Source of the DNA: Thraustochytrium aureum
Taxonomy: Eukaryota
Reading direction: 5' to 3'
Assembly: GCA_012862495.1 (NCBI GenBank)
Contig: BLSG01000281.1
Span: 6,078-70,077 of the forward strand
DNA length: 64,000 nucleotides
Positions 22,481-32,697 of this stretch are shown in pieces. Within the stretch, counting starts at the first letter, position 1. Each line of letters begins with the position of its first letter. The notes under the pieces are model-generated. The model saw nothing but the letters and a program-made list of their open reading frames with translations. It ran no database searches and had not been told where the DNA came from. A program made the translations under genes and the position numbers.

Positions 22481-22915
22481 TTCGTCGTCACCCCAGCCCA
22501 GCCGGGCAGCCAGCCAGCCAGCCAACCAACCAGCCGACCAGCGAGCGAGCTGCCCTGGATCTTGCAGCTCGGAGTCCTTGGCCGCCTCGCGAGTCCGGGT
22601 CGACCTCTTCGTTGTGCTGGGTCCGTCGGGCCGCCACTCGCGAGGTCGTTTCGGGACTGCCTCTCAGCAGGTGAGTGATAGGTTGGTTTGTGGCGAACAG
22701 GCGATGCTTTCCCTCCCCCAGAAAGGCACGCTCTCGCGGCGCACACCCTGCCGCAAACAGCTCGGGATGGCGCCGTGGACGACAGCAAAGCAGGGACAAG
22801 GAACTGCTGCTCAAGCGGCTGCTCGAGTGTCCCTCGAGTCCACAGTTGTTTAACGTAAAGGGGAGTAGGTGCTCTACTTGCGTCGCTTGCAAGGACCTGT
22901 CACTCCGGCGCACGT

Positions 22916-22948
22916 GGCAAGCAAGCAAGCAAGCAAGGCAGGCAGGCA
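22916..22948. repeat. GCAA/GGCA microsatellite
   Basis: gcaagcaagcaagcaagcaaggcaggcaggca seen directly. Confidence 0.8.
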
Positions 22949-23442
22949 TGTCGTCCGTCGCCATGAGGTCGAGCGCCGGTGCTTCCAAGGCGCTTTTTGG
23001 GGCGCTCGTCCCCGGCGGCGTCAAGAGATGGCCCGCGCGTGGTCGTTGTTGAGGCCCAAATGGCATTGATGACCGAGTCGAGCCTTGAGCCAGCGCCGCG
23101 TGTGTTGCCAGCCGGGCCGGCACGCGGGGAAGGCTCTCTCCCGTGGATGGCAAGCGCCCTCTGCGAGTTCTGGACAAAATTTGTAGAGCACTGTGATTCT
23201 CAAGGAAGCCAGGCGAGCGGTGAAATCTCGCCCCCCAGCGATCGACACGCGGCCAGCCTGCCACGCGAGCCTGATGAGAAATGTAGCGCAAGCCAACAAG
23301 TTGGTGGCCTGGGGTCGGCCGTCGAGCTGCAAATCGCTCGCAGCGTCCGCTGAAAGTGGACCCCCGCGCTCCGACCAACGGGCGCCGAGTCGCGCAGCGC
23401 CGGGGCCAAGCCCACGGCAGAGGAGGACCAGGCGGAACTTTG

Positions 23443-24925
23443 TTAGTCGAGTTTGAGGTAGCTGTAGATGGTGCGCACAAAGAGCAGCGACGAGAAGAAC
23501 CCAACCGTGCCGAGAATGAGAAAGAACGCCCACGAGATGATGAGCATCTGCCCGAAGAAAAACGAGGTCTGCAGCGTGCCGCTCATCGACGAGCGCTGCG
23601 AGTAGTAAAAGGCGCTGTAGGCGTACACAAAGAGACTCGTCGCGCCACCATAGACGACAGAGCGCCACCACCAGCGGTAGTCCTCAATGGCGAGCTGAAA
23701 GTATATGAGCGCGACCGTGATGAAGCAAGTGACAACCAGAAGCAGCACGAACGCCAGGAAGAGAATGCCGAACAGCGTGTACACGCGATGGCCCCAGATA
23801 CTGCTAAACACAAAGTGGAGCTCGATGTAGATGGACGAGAAGGGCAGAAAGCCCGCGATGAGGATCTGAATCCACGGCGAGCGGAACTTTGGCGGAGGCG
23901 GGATCTGGCGCTTGACCTTGTTGGTCCGGCACGGCGTCTGCAGGGGCTCCGTGGTACGCCGCTTGGCGATCACAGCCCCGACCACCGTCAGAGGGAACGT
24001 GACGAGCAGGTAGAGGCAAAACATGGCCACAATCGTGCCAAAGGGCAGCGCCGCGGACGAGCCGTGGAACACGGCAACCGTGTTGAGCAGGCAAAACACC
24101 ACGAAAAGCGGCCCCGGGAAGAGAAGCGCCGTCAGAACGGTGCACCACACCCAGTCCTTTCCCTCGAGCTGGCGGTACATCGAGGTCGAGACAAATCCAG
24201 AGGTTCCCGCGGTCAGCGCGTAAAGCACCACGAGCACAGTGCTCAGAGCACCCTTCCTGGAAGGGCTGATAATCGAGGAGACGGCCAGGAGCAGCAGAAG
24301 GACCACCATAAAGAGCAAGTGGGTGCCGGCGCCTAGGATCGCCGAAAACAGCATCTTTTGCGATGGGTACCGGAACACGTCGCCGTGGATGAGCTTCCAC
24401 CCTGCCTCGTCCTCCCCATAGTCGACTTCTTCGTCGGGGGTCATGTACCGAAAGTCGTTGCGCAGGACGCGCATCAAGATGATCGCCAAGAAAACCGTCA
24501 GAAGCAGCACCAGGACGAAGCTGTTGATGATCGAGAGCCAGTGAATTTCGAACGTGGCCGGGAGGAACTCGGCCTTGTGGAACTTTTCCACGCGCTCCGT
24601 GGACTCTGTCTCCTGCCAGGTCACCGCATAGGTAAAGTCCACCTGCACCTCTTCCAGCGCGCTAATGTCCACGCGGTGCTCGGCCGAGGAGGTCACGTTG
24701 ACGGCAATGATCCGGTCCCCGTTGTACGCGATCGAAAACACCTGGTGGGCGTACAGAAACTTTTTCGCACCCAGGTCGAGTTCTTCCAGCGACTTGATCG
24801 AGTCCTCGCTGCCCAGGAACGATTCTGTGGTCGGCGTCTGGATCCCGCCCACGTAGCCCCAGAGCAGGAACCCGTCCATCGACATTTCGTAGTAATAGTC
24901 GGCATCGATGGCGTCGTGGAACGCC
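23443..24925 (-). CDS. Nonaspanin / endomembrane protein 70 (TM9SF, TM9SF1-like); 5' end in gap
   Basis: EIHWLSIINSFVLVLLLT, GWKLIHGDVFRYP, PCRTNKVKRQIP, GFLPFSSIYIEL, EDYRWWWRS, C-terminal KLD (KxD/E). Confidence 0.95.
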
Positions 24926-25454
24926 NNNNNNNNNNNNNNNNNNNNNNNNNNNNNNNNNNNNNNNNNNNNNNNNNNNNNNNNNNNNNNNNNNNNNNNNNNN
25001 NNNNNNNNNNNNNNNNNNNNNNNNNNNNNNNNNNNNNNNNNNNNNNNNNNNNNNNNNNNNNNNNNNNNNNNNNNNNNNNNNNNNNNNNNNNNNNNNNNNN
25101 NNNNNNNNNNNNNNNNNNNNNNNNNNNNNNNNNNNNNNNNNNNNNNNNNNNNNNNNNNNNNNNNNNNNNNNNNNNNNNNNNNNNNNNNNNNNNNNNNNNN
25201 NNNNNNNNNNNNNNNNNNNNNNNNNNNNNNNNNNNNNNNNNNNNNNNNNNNNNNNNNNNNNNNNNNNNNNNNNNNNNNNNNNNNNNNNNNNNNNNNNNNN
25301 NNNNNNNNNNNNNNNNNNNNNNNNNNNNNNNNNNNNNNNNNNNNNNNNNNNNNNNNNNNNNNNNNNNNNNNNNNNNNNNNNNNNNNNNNNNNNNNNNNNN
25401 NNGAGAGCACCGCTACAGAATAAATATTGCCTCTATGCCCACACGTGGGGGTAC

Positions 25455-25743
25455 CACCGATTCAGAGGGAACAGAACGAGCGCTCTATCTTGGAGGAACA
25501 AAGGGAGCGCTCTATCTAAAGAACGTTTCACTTGCTCTGTTGGAGGAACAAAGGGAGCGCTCTATGTAAAGAACGTTTCACTTGCTCCACGGGAGGAACA
25601 AAGGGAGCGCTCTATCTAAAGAACGTTTCACTTGCTCCCGAAGAGGGAACAAAGGGAGCGCTGGCACCTAGCTAGAGAACGTTCCAAATGTTCCGAAGAA
25701 CAGCAACTATTCCCTTTGTTCACCACTCGTTCTCTGTTCGGTG
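25455..25743. repeat. 50-bp tandem repeat (3 full units plus degenerate ones) bracketed by imperfect inverted repeats
   Basis: Units at 25491, 25541 and 25591 share GGAGGAACAAAGGGAGCGCTCTAT[C/G]TAAAGAACGTTTCACTTGCTC. A degenerate fourth unit starts at 25641. Inverted copies: TCCCTTTGTTC (25711-25721) and CTCGTTCTCTGTTC (25726-25739). Confidence 0.9.
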
Positions 25744-25812
25744 CGGCGGGCAGCGTGCGAGGAGGGAGCGAGAGAGCAGAGCTGGTAGGTAGGGGCTGCG
25801 CGACGCGCGAGG

Positions 25813-27579
25813 ATGCCGGGGGCGTTTGAACCCGCGCTGGCGTTCCAGGGCGCGAGGGAGGGGTTTGTGTTCAAGAATGGCCCGCTTGGCGTTGGGTACT
25901 ACCGCGACGAAGCGAAAGCTGCTGGTGCCGCGCCGCCGCGCAAACGGCCACGACCTGCGCTGACGGAGCCGCTTGGACTTGCGGACGGGAAGCGGCCTGC
26001 TGCCGCCGCCCCGACGGTGCTGCTTCCGGAGAAAGACTCCAGGGACGGGGCCACGCTCTCGGAGGAGTCGACGCGGGCCCTGTGCTCGGCGCTCGCCAAG
26101 GCGCTGCAGGCCAACGTGGAACAGAGAGCAAAGTTCGAGGGCAGCCCAGAGCGCTTTGTCGCCTCAGAGCTCGCGCTCCACGAGCAGCTTGTGAGTGCCA
26201 AAGAGCTAGCCAGCGCGCCCGCGCTCTACCCTGTCGCTCTCTCGAGCGGGCTTGCGGCAACCCTCATGGACGTCCTGGCGCACCCTAACGAGGACGTCGT
26301 CAAGGACGGCTTCGAGCTGGTGGACGAGCTCCTGGACGTTGGCACAGTCGCAGAAGATGGCGAGCGCTCGCGCGAGCTCTACGAGGCCCTTTGCAGCGCC
26401 GGGCTCTTGGCAGCCCTAGCTACAAGCCTGCCGCGGTTTGACGAGGGATCCGAGACGGGCTCCGAGGCCGTTTACCAGATCCTCGGTGTCGTGGACACCG
26501 TTCTGGAGGCGGACGCAGGGGCGAAGGAGAAGCTATTCAATGAGCGCGGGCTCGTCGACTTCCTCCTTGGCCGCCTGCAGCAGCCCGAAAACGACGCGAC
26601 CAAGCTCTTGTGTGGGGAAATCCTCACAATCCTGCTCAGCAGCGAATCCAACCGAGAGCGCTTCGCAGCGCAGGGCGCAGCCCCCCATGCCGCGGGTAAT
26701 GCGGGCATGGAGCTCCTGCTCCAGGCCGTATCATTGCTTCGAAAGGCAGAACCCAGCTCCCTGGAGGCAGAGGAGTGCGTCGCCAATGTATTTGGCACAC
26801 TCAGCGCGGCTCTGCTGGCCCCGAGCGCGCGCACGGTCCTCCTCGAACTGGACGGCCTGACGCTTCTCCTGAAAGTTGTCCGCCACCGCCGGTTCGCCTA
26901 CCCGTTCGCGCTCTCCGCGATTGCCCTGGCGCTGGAGGACTCCGAGCGAGCTTGCGAGGCCTTGGTCGCAGCAGGGGGCTTGCCGACGCTCTTTCCCCTT
27001 CTTCTTGGCAGGGGGGTAACGGTCAAGGCCTCCGCGTCCGGGAGCTCCAATCCAGGCCGAAACGGAGTGCGTGAAGCCCGTCGCTCGCGCCAGAGCAAGA
27101 AAAAGCGCGCTCAAGTTGAGGAACAGGTCTGCACTGCGTCTCTGGGGGCCCTCGCAGCGCTCTTTGCCAATCTCGCACCTGGCTCCGTGCCCTTTCGGAG
27201 AGTCCTGCGCAAGTTTTTCGAGGAGGACTTTGAAAAGTGCGACCGACTCGTTGAGCTTCATCTACAGTTTGCCAAGCGCATGAGGGCCGTCGATGCGGAG
27301 CTGGCCGGTGGTGCCGCTACGGCTGAAGAGCGCTACCTGGAGCGCGTAGAGGCCGGCCTCGAGTCGCTCAGGAATGCGGACCTAGCCATCGCCATGCTGG
27401 TGCGCCATGCTGGCCCTGTTCTTGAGAAGCACTTGCTGTCTCGCTTTCGCGAAAACCGTGTCGAGTTCGCCCAAGTCCTTGCCGTGCTCCGGGAGTACAA
27501 GGCAGACGTCCCCGAGGGCACGTCCTTGGGCATGCGCCTCGCGGTCCTCTTGGAGAGCTCGAGCACTGAACCCAGCTAG
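25813..27579 (+). CDS. CTNNBL1: Beta-catenin-like protein 1 (spliceosomal Prp19 complex)
   Basis: NVEQRAKFEGSPERFVASELALHE, LASAPALYP, LAHPNED, EECVANVF, KFFEEDFEKCDRLVELH, YLERVEAGL..L. Confidence 0.9.
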   Translation: MPGAFEPALAFQGAREGFVFKNGPLGVGYYRDEAKAAGAAPPRKRPRPALTEPLGLADGKRPAAAAPTVLLPEKDSRDGATLSEESTRALCSALAKALQANVEQRAKFEGSPERFVASELALHEQLVSAKELASAPALYPVALSSGLAATLMDVLAHPNEDVVKDGFELVDELLDVGTVAEDGERSRELYEALCSAGLLAALATSLPRFDEGSETGSEAVYQILGVVDTVLEADAGAKEKLFNERGLVDFLLGRLQQPENDATKLLCGEILTILLSSESNRERFAAQGAAPHAAGNAGMELLLQAVSLLRKAEPSSLEAEECVANVFGTLSAALLAPSARTVLLELDGLTLLLKVVRHRRFAYPFALSAIALALEDSERACEALVAAGGLPTLFPLLLGRGVTVKASASGSSNPGRNGVREARRSRQSKKKRAQVEEQVCTASLGALAALFANLAPGSVPFRRVLRKFFEEDFEKCDRLVELHLQFAKRMRAVDAELAGGAATAEERYLERVEAGLESLRNADLAIAMLVRHAGPVLEKHLLSRFRENRVEFAQVLAVLREYKADVPEGTSLGMRLAVLLESSSTEPS

Positions 27580-27781
27580 TTTTCTGTGTGTTTTTGTTGT
27601 TCTCCGTATCGCCAGAGCAGGACCATGCGCGCGCCACCCTTTGCTTCTGCGACGGGGCTCGGCCCAGAAACAGCCAGCTAGCGGTCTCCCCGTGTCGTTG
27701 TCGTTGCCAACCTAGGTCAGGAAACGGGCGCTCTCGGCCGCCCTGCACCTCTCGCTCCGCGGAACAAGGCCACGAGGCTGC

Positions 27782-28543
27782 TCAGCAAAACAGCTCCACC
27801 GCCGAGGCCTCCAAAAGGCGTCCAAGTCCAGTTGCATCCCGAGACCGCATCATGACCCGCATCGGCTGCGGCTCTCCGCGAAAAGTGAGCTTTACCTTTC
27901 GTCGGCTCTCTTTCGTTTGGCCAAGCACGAGCTCGACCACCTCAGAGACGTGGCGTGCAGCGCGGACTTGAAAGGCGATGTCTCCGAGCATGTCAATGAG
28001 TGCCGTCTTGGAGAATCGCTTCTTGCCGTGGCTCGTCAGGCGCTGAGCAAGATTCTCGCGCGCAGCGAGCCAGATCAGGCGGTGCGCCGTGAAAAGCAGA
28101 AGCGACATTTTCCGCGCCCCGCTCGGATGCCGCCGGAAAACGGGGAGCAAGTTCCACTCGCTCTTCGGCAACGCGCGCAAAAGCGTGAGCCTGAGCCAGG
28201 ACCCGCCCGGAACCAGGCCGCAGAGAACCAGCTTGGCTTTTGCCTGCCGGCCGCGCGCACGAGCCTCGGCCACCGTCCCTTCGTCAGCATCCGAAGAGAC
28301 CGTCCCGTGTCCACCGTGCGGGGAAGTCTCGTCGTCAAGGCTGCCAAGGCTGGCGGCCAGGTTTGGGTCCCTTTCCTCTGCAACAAAGTCGTCGTCGTCT
28401 TCGATGTCAGAGTCGACGTATTCGTCGCCAGCCTCAGCATCGACGATACAGATGTGCCGGCTCACGGCCTCGCGCAAAGCTCGAGACTTGCGCTGCTCCT
28501 CGGCCTCTTCGCGCCGCAAGCTGGCCGCTGCGGCGTTGCCCAA
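27782..28543 (-). CDS. Hypothetical protein; probable MGNAAA N-terminus, but start reads ATTG instead of ATG
   Basis: 253-codon frame with an acidic segment and a globular-looking C-terminus. The start context GGATTGGGCAAC is probably ATG GGC AAC with an extra T. Confidence 0.55.
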   Translation of the reverse strand: MGNAAAASLRREEAEEQRKSRALREAVSRHICIVDAEAGDEYVDSDIEDDDDFVAEERDPNLAASLGSLDDETSPHGGHGTVSSDADEGTVAEARARGRQAKAKLVLCGLVPGGSWLRLTLLRALPKSEWNLLPVFRRHPSGARKMSLLLFTAHRLIWLAARENLAQRLTSHGKKRFSKTALIDMLGDIAFQVRAARHVSEVVELVLGQTKESRRKVKLTFRGEPQPMRVMMRSRDATGLGRLLEASAVELFC

Positions 28544-28702
28544 TCCCGAACGTCAGCTTAAAGCGATCAGCCAGGCTCGCGCCTTGAGGCTCCCCTTCTT
28601 GCGCGCTTCTAGCACCAACTGGGGGCGGTGAAACGTGCCCAGCAAGGACCTCAGCAGTGCTGAATTCCTCTGACAGCTCGGAGAGCTCGGAGACCGCACG
28701 CT

Positions 28703-30689
28703 CTAGCACAAATGACGCGCCTCCAAGCGTCTTGGCAACAGAGCTCGACAACCAGAGGACTTGGTCGCGCCGCCGGTTTGAGCTCCACTAGTAGTAGAGT
28801 GGTCCTCGCTCGCAGCTGCAGAGTTGCGCGCAGCCGCCTCCTGCTCCGCCCCCTCGTCTGTGGTCGATGCGCGCGACCGCGGTTTCTTGGACGAGGGCAG
28901 CCACGAGAGCAAAGAGCGCGCTGCGCTGATTGCGCCGCCAGGTGCAGGTGCAGCAGCGGCAGCAGCGGAAAAGTCTGCCGCGTGGCGGTCTCCTTTGAGG
29001 TCGTCGTGCTGCGTGCGCGCTTCGAACGCCCCTTCGACGGTATGCAGCGGCGTCGAGGCGCGCAGTCCGCGGGCTTGCTCACAGAGCGCCAACACAGACG
29101 CAGAAGACAACGTGCGCGCCTGCTCGCGCAATGTGTCAAGTCCCGCTTGCGCCGTTGCTCCATCCCCGAGGAGCGCCTCTTTCGCGCGCAGCAAAAGGGC
29201 CGCAATCACATACACTGCGAGCGGCCCGCGCGGGTCGCAGCCGTCCCACACGCCGGTCAGCGGGGCCTCCATCATGTTTGGCCCTTCGTCTCCGTTGCTA
29301 AGGGGCAGCGCATCGATGACGAGTTGGTCCCACAAAGACAGAAGGCTCGGCACCGGCATCTCACCCGCGAACGCGCACCGCCACCAGCGCCAAGGGATGG
29401 TGACCTGCGACGTGCCGATTGCCATCAGGTATGCCGCCACGTCGCGATCGTGTTTGGCCAGCACGAGATCGAGCAGCATGGACCGCCGTTTCAGAATAGC
29501 GGGAACGAGGTCGTCGTCGCCTGCGAGCTGTAGCAGGAGCACCCTTCTGCGTTGCAGTTCGGCGACAACTGGGGCGACTTGGTCGCGCTCAAGCTTCAGC
29601 GAGGGGGACCGAAGCACGAAGAGCACGTCAGCAATGCCAGGGTCTACGAGCGAGAGCGGCGCCTCGAGTGCGTCGGCAACTTTGAGTAAGCTAGCGGCCA
29701 GCTCTTCCTGGACTTTGCCTTGCGCGTTGAGCGCCCAGGCGAGGTCCGCCTCGTCGTACTCCGCTGCCTCGTCCGCATCCATCGAGCCGCCCAACTTGTC
29801 CACGTCGCGCGCTGTCGGCCCTGCTCGTTCTCGCTCTGCCTAACAAGTGTAATATTGCGCAGCACGGCGGCCTCCACCATCGCGTTGACGAGGGACGCGC
29901 GGTCTTCAACCGAGTCGGAGCCCATCACGGAGGCTGCCTGACTGTCTGGGCCGTCCGCGGCCCGGCTTGCCCCACGCAGGCCAAAGGGCGAGGAGCTCGA
30001 ATGGACGTCGCTGTTGCNNNNNNNNNNNNNNNNNNNNNNNNNNNNNNNNNNNNNNNNNNNNNNNNNNNNNNNNNNNNNNNNNNNNNNNNNNNNNNNNNNN
30101 NNNNNNNNNNNNNNNNNNNNNNNNNNNNNNNNNNNNNNNNNNNNNNNNNNNNNNNNNNNNNNNNNNNNNNNNNNNNNNNNNNNNNNNNNNCAAGCTGCAG
30201 CTCGGCGCTCAAGCTCGTCAACAGGTCGCTCTCCGCTTCGGCCAGGTCGGGCTCGAGCACGCCGTTCTCGCCCGCGTAATCGTCGTCACGGCGGCCAAAC
30301 GAAGCCAATCCGGGGCCCGCGTTGTGCCCTGCGGTGCCGCTGCCCTGCCCGGCGTCGCCAGGATCGCCCTGTTCTTCCATCAGCCAATTGAAGAACGCGT
30401 CGCCATCCTCCTCGCCGGGCTCGGATTCGCTCCTCGCCGCCGCGCGTTCTCCCTCCCGAGCATCTCCAAGGTCAAGCGAAAGGCCCCCGCTTCCGTCGCG
30501 CGACCCCTGGCCGGCGCGCTTTCGCGCGGTCGGCCCAGCCGAACCAGCGGAGTTGTGCGACCCCGCGTCGTCGCTGCCATCCTCGCTCTCCTCGCGAGCA
30601 GCCTTGTCCACCTGCTCCTCGGAGATCCCGACCTCGTCCAGCACCGCCTGCAGGAACTCGTCAAAGTCGCCGTCAGCCCCGTCCGCCAT
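28703..30689 (-). CDS. TBC (Rab-GAP-like) domain protein, TBC1D7-like; spans a gap and apparent frameshifts
   Basis: WRWWRCAFAGEMPVPSLLSLWDQLV...LAVYVIAALLL matches the TBC C-terminal helices. Acidic N-terminus from ATG 30689; joining across the gap is inferred. Confidence 0.65.
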
Positions 30690-31067
30690 CGTGGAGGCCG
30701 AAGTAGCAGACTCGGAGTTGCCACTTGCCGGACTGCAAACCGGCGAGCGGTATCCGCGCACGGCCAGCGACGCCGGCGGCGCCTGGCTGCGAACCAACGA
30801 GCGGAACCCGCGCACCGGCCTCGCCAGCAGCGCCTGGCTTGCTTGCCCACGCAGCCGGCCAGCCAGCGCTCGCTCCACCCAGCTCTGCTCTGCTCAGCTC
30901 TGCTCTGCTCTGACGAATCCAGCTGTTATCCGAAACACGCGCACACCTACGCCGCTCAAGAACGACCCATCGTATTTGGAGAAACACATGCGCACCCTTG
31001 GGTCAGGTTCGTTTGTTCCTCAAAGATATCCGTTGCGCCCGCGCCATGCGGAGCCAGCAGGAAGCAA

Positions 31068-31107
31068 GGAAGGCAGGCACGCAGGCAGGCAGGCAGGCAG
31101 GCAGGCA
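31068..31107. repeat. GGCA microsatellite
   Basis: (GGCA)n upstream of ATG 31297. Confidence 0.8.
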
Positions 31108-31296
31108 CCGGAGTCAGGTTGGTCGCTGCGGACACAGGGAGCGTGCTGCCCGGCCTACGATTCGGGCATCGAGCATCGACCGATCCAGCCTGCGAGCTGC
31201 GTTTTGTGCGCTGCGTCCTCGTGGGCTGCTGTCGGAGGCGAGGCGGGCAGCGAACGCGGGAGGCGGCGCGCATTGCCTGCTCGGCAAGGCGGCACG

Positions 31297-32547
31297 ATGG
31301 GCGACTCGAATGGGGCCTCCATCGGCAACTACAAGGGGGTGATGCTGTGCAATCGGCCCTTTGCTGGGGTCTCTGCAGCCGCGAAAAAGTCATACAACGC
31401 GGGAGGGAACAACCCGCCCCCGTTTCGCGCAATGTGCAGCAACTCGGAGCCGCTCGGTCTCAACCCGATCCGCAACCCGCCCAACGTGGTCGTGGACCGG
31501 AGCAAGAAAGACACTGCCCTGAGCAAGCACAGAAAGTTTCTATCTGACCTGCAACGGCAGAAGAGCAAGCTCGAGGAAGAGCTTGTGGTCCAGGCGCGCG
31601 AAAAGGACGCGCGCCGCGAGCGCCTGCGCGAAAAGCTCCGCGTAAAGCGCGAGCGGATTATACAGCAGCGCCGCGGCGAAGAGCCCTATTCAGACGCACC
31701 TGGTTCACCACCGCTAGAGTCCACTGGTGGCGCAAGGAACCAAGAGGAGGACTGGAGCGAGTCCAAATCTTCCGACCGTGCCGAGAGCAAGGTGGCCGAG
31801 CCGGCCGCCAGCGTCCAAGTCAAGAAGAAGCGCTCAAAACGCGACCTGGCGAGCAAGCCAGCCTGGGCCTTGTCCATGCAAAACGTTGAGGAGCTTGAAG
31901 AGCTCGAGACAGACGAACTCCTTGACTTTGCGCAAGGGCTAGACTACGAGTCATTCTTGAACGACCTGGAGGTCCGATCGGCGCTGCAAGCAGCAAAGGA
32001 CCGCATCGACCTTCTCAAAGAGTCCAAGTCGAGCGAGGACGAGAGCAACAACCCGGAAGACCAAGACGAGTGCAAGAGCTCTGGCGGCGAATCCGGCCTC
32101 ACGGCCCTCTACGAGTATCTTGGCGTAGACGGGGAGGCGCCGCGGACGAGGGCAGCGATCCGAGCCCAATTCCAAGCCCGCAAGGCGGCGCACCGCGCCA
32201 AGGCCGCGAACGGCGACTGGGATCCAAGCACGCGAGTCGACCACGACGGATCCGTGGGGCGCGACGAGACGGGGTCGGTGGCGTCTGCGCGCTCGATCCT
32301 CTCGAGCACGTCGGTCAAGAGCCTCAAGCAGGTCCACTCTGCGCGCTCAATCGCCAAGTTGGCTGAGAAGATCACAAAGGAGAGCGCAGAGGCCTTGCGC
32401 CGCATTGACGAGTTGGACGACGGCGACGCTGGAGCCTCATTCGTTCCACCGCGGATCGTCAGCATCCACGAAGACGGCAGGTCACGGCTGACCAACAAGG
32501 ACGAAACGTACAACCTCCCGTACATGCACCGCAACCCCGCCGTTTGA
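31297..32547 (+). CDS. Conserved-looking hypothetical coiled-coil protein
   Basis: ATG 31297; motif-like blocks GNYKGVMLCNRP, KPAWALS, DELLDFAQGLDYESFLNDLEVR, VHSARSI and C-terminal NLPYMHRNPAV, recalled from uncharacterised protist proteins. Confidence 0.8.
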   Translation: MGDSNGASIGNYKGVMLCNRPFAGVSAAAKKSYNAGGNNPPPFRAMCSNSEPLGLNPIRNPPNVVVDRSKKDTALSKHRKFLSDLQRQKSKLEEELVVQAREKDARRERLREKLRVKRERIIQQRRGEEPYSDAPGSPPLESTGGARNQEEDWSESKSSDRAESKVAEPAASVQVKKKRSKRDLASKPAWALSMQNVEELEELETDELLDFAQGLDYESFLNDLEVRSALQAAKDRIDLLKESKSSEDESNNPEDQDECKSSGGESGLTALYEYLGVDGEAPRTRAAIRAQFQARKAAHRAKAANGDWDPSTRVDHDGSVGRDETGSVASARSILSSTSVKSLKQVHSARSIAKLAEKITKESAEALRRIDELDDGDAGASFVPPRIVSIHEDGRSRLTNKDETYNLPYMHRNPAV

Positions 32548-32697
32548 TGCACCGCAAGCCTCGACCTGCCTTAGTTTAGCTTTGTAGTGGCGATACGGCG
32601 AACAAAACCGACCATCACGGGTTCAGTGTCTCCAGATACCTCTTGAACCGCCACGGCGCAGGCCAGCTCGCATGCAGCTGGCGCGCCCAACGCGCAT

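Noticed and set aside
25491..25690. CRISPR array
   Set aside because: Units are head-to-tail with no unique spacers, there are no cas genes, and the context is eukaryotic.
28541..28544. Non-AUG (TTG) initiation
   Set aside because: ATTGGGCAAC is more simply ATG GGC AAC with an extra T, which would give a myristoylation-type MGNAAAS start.
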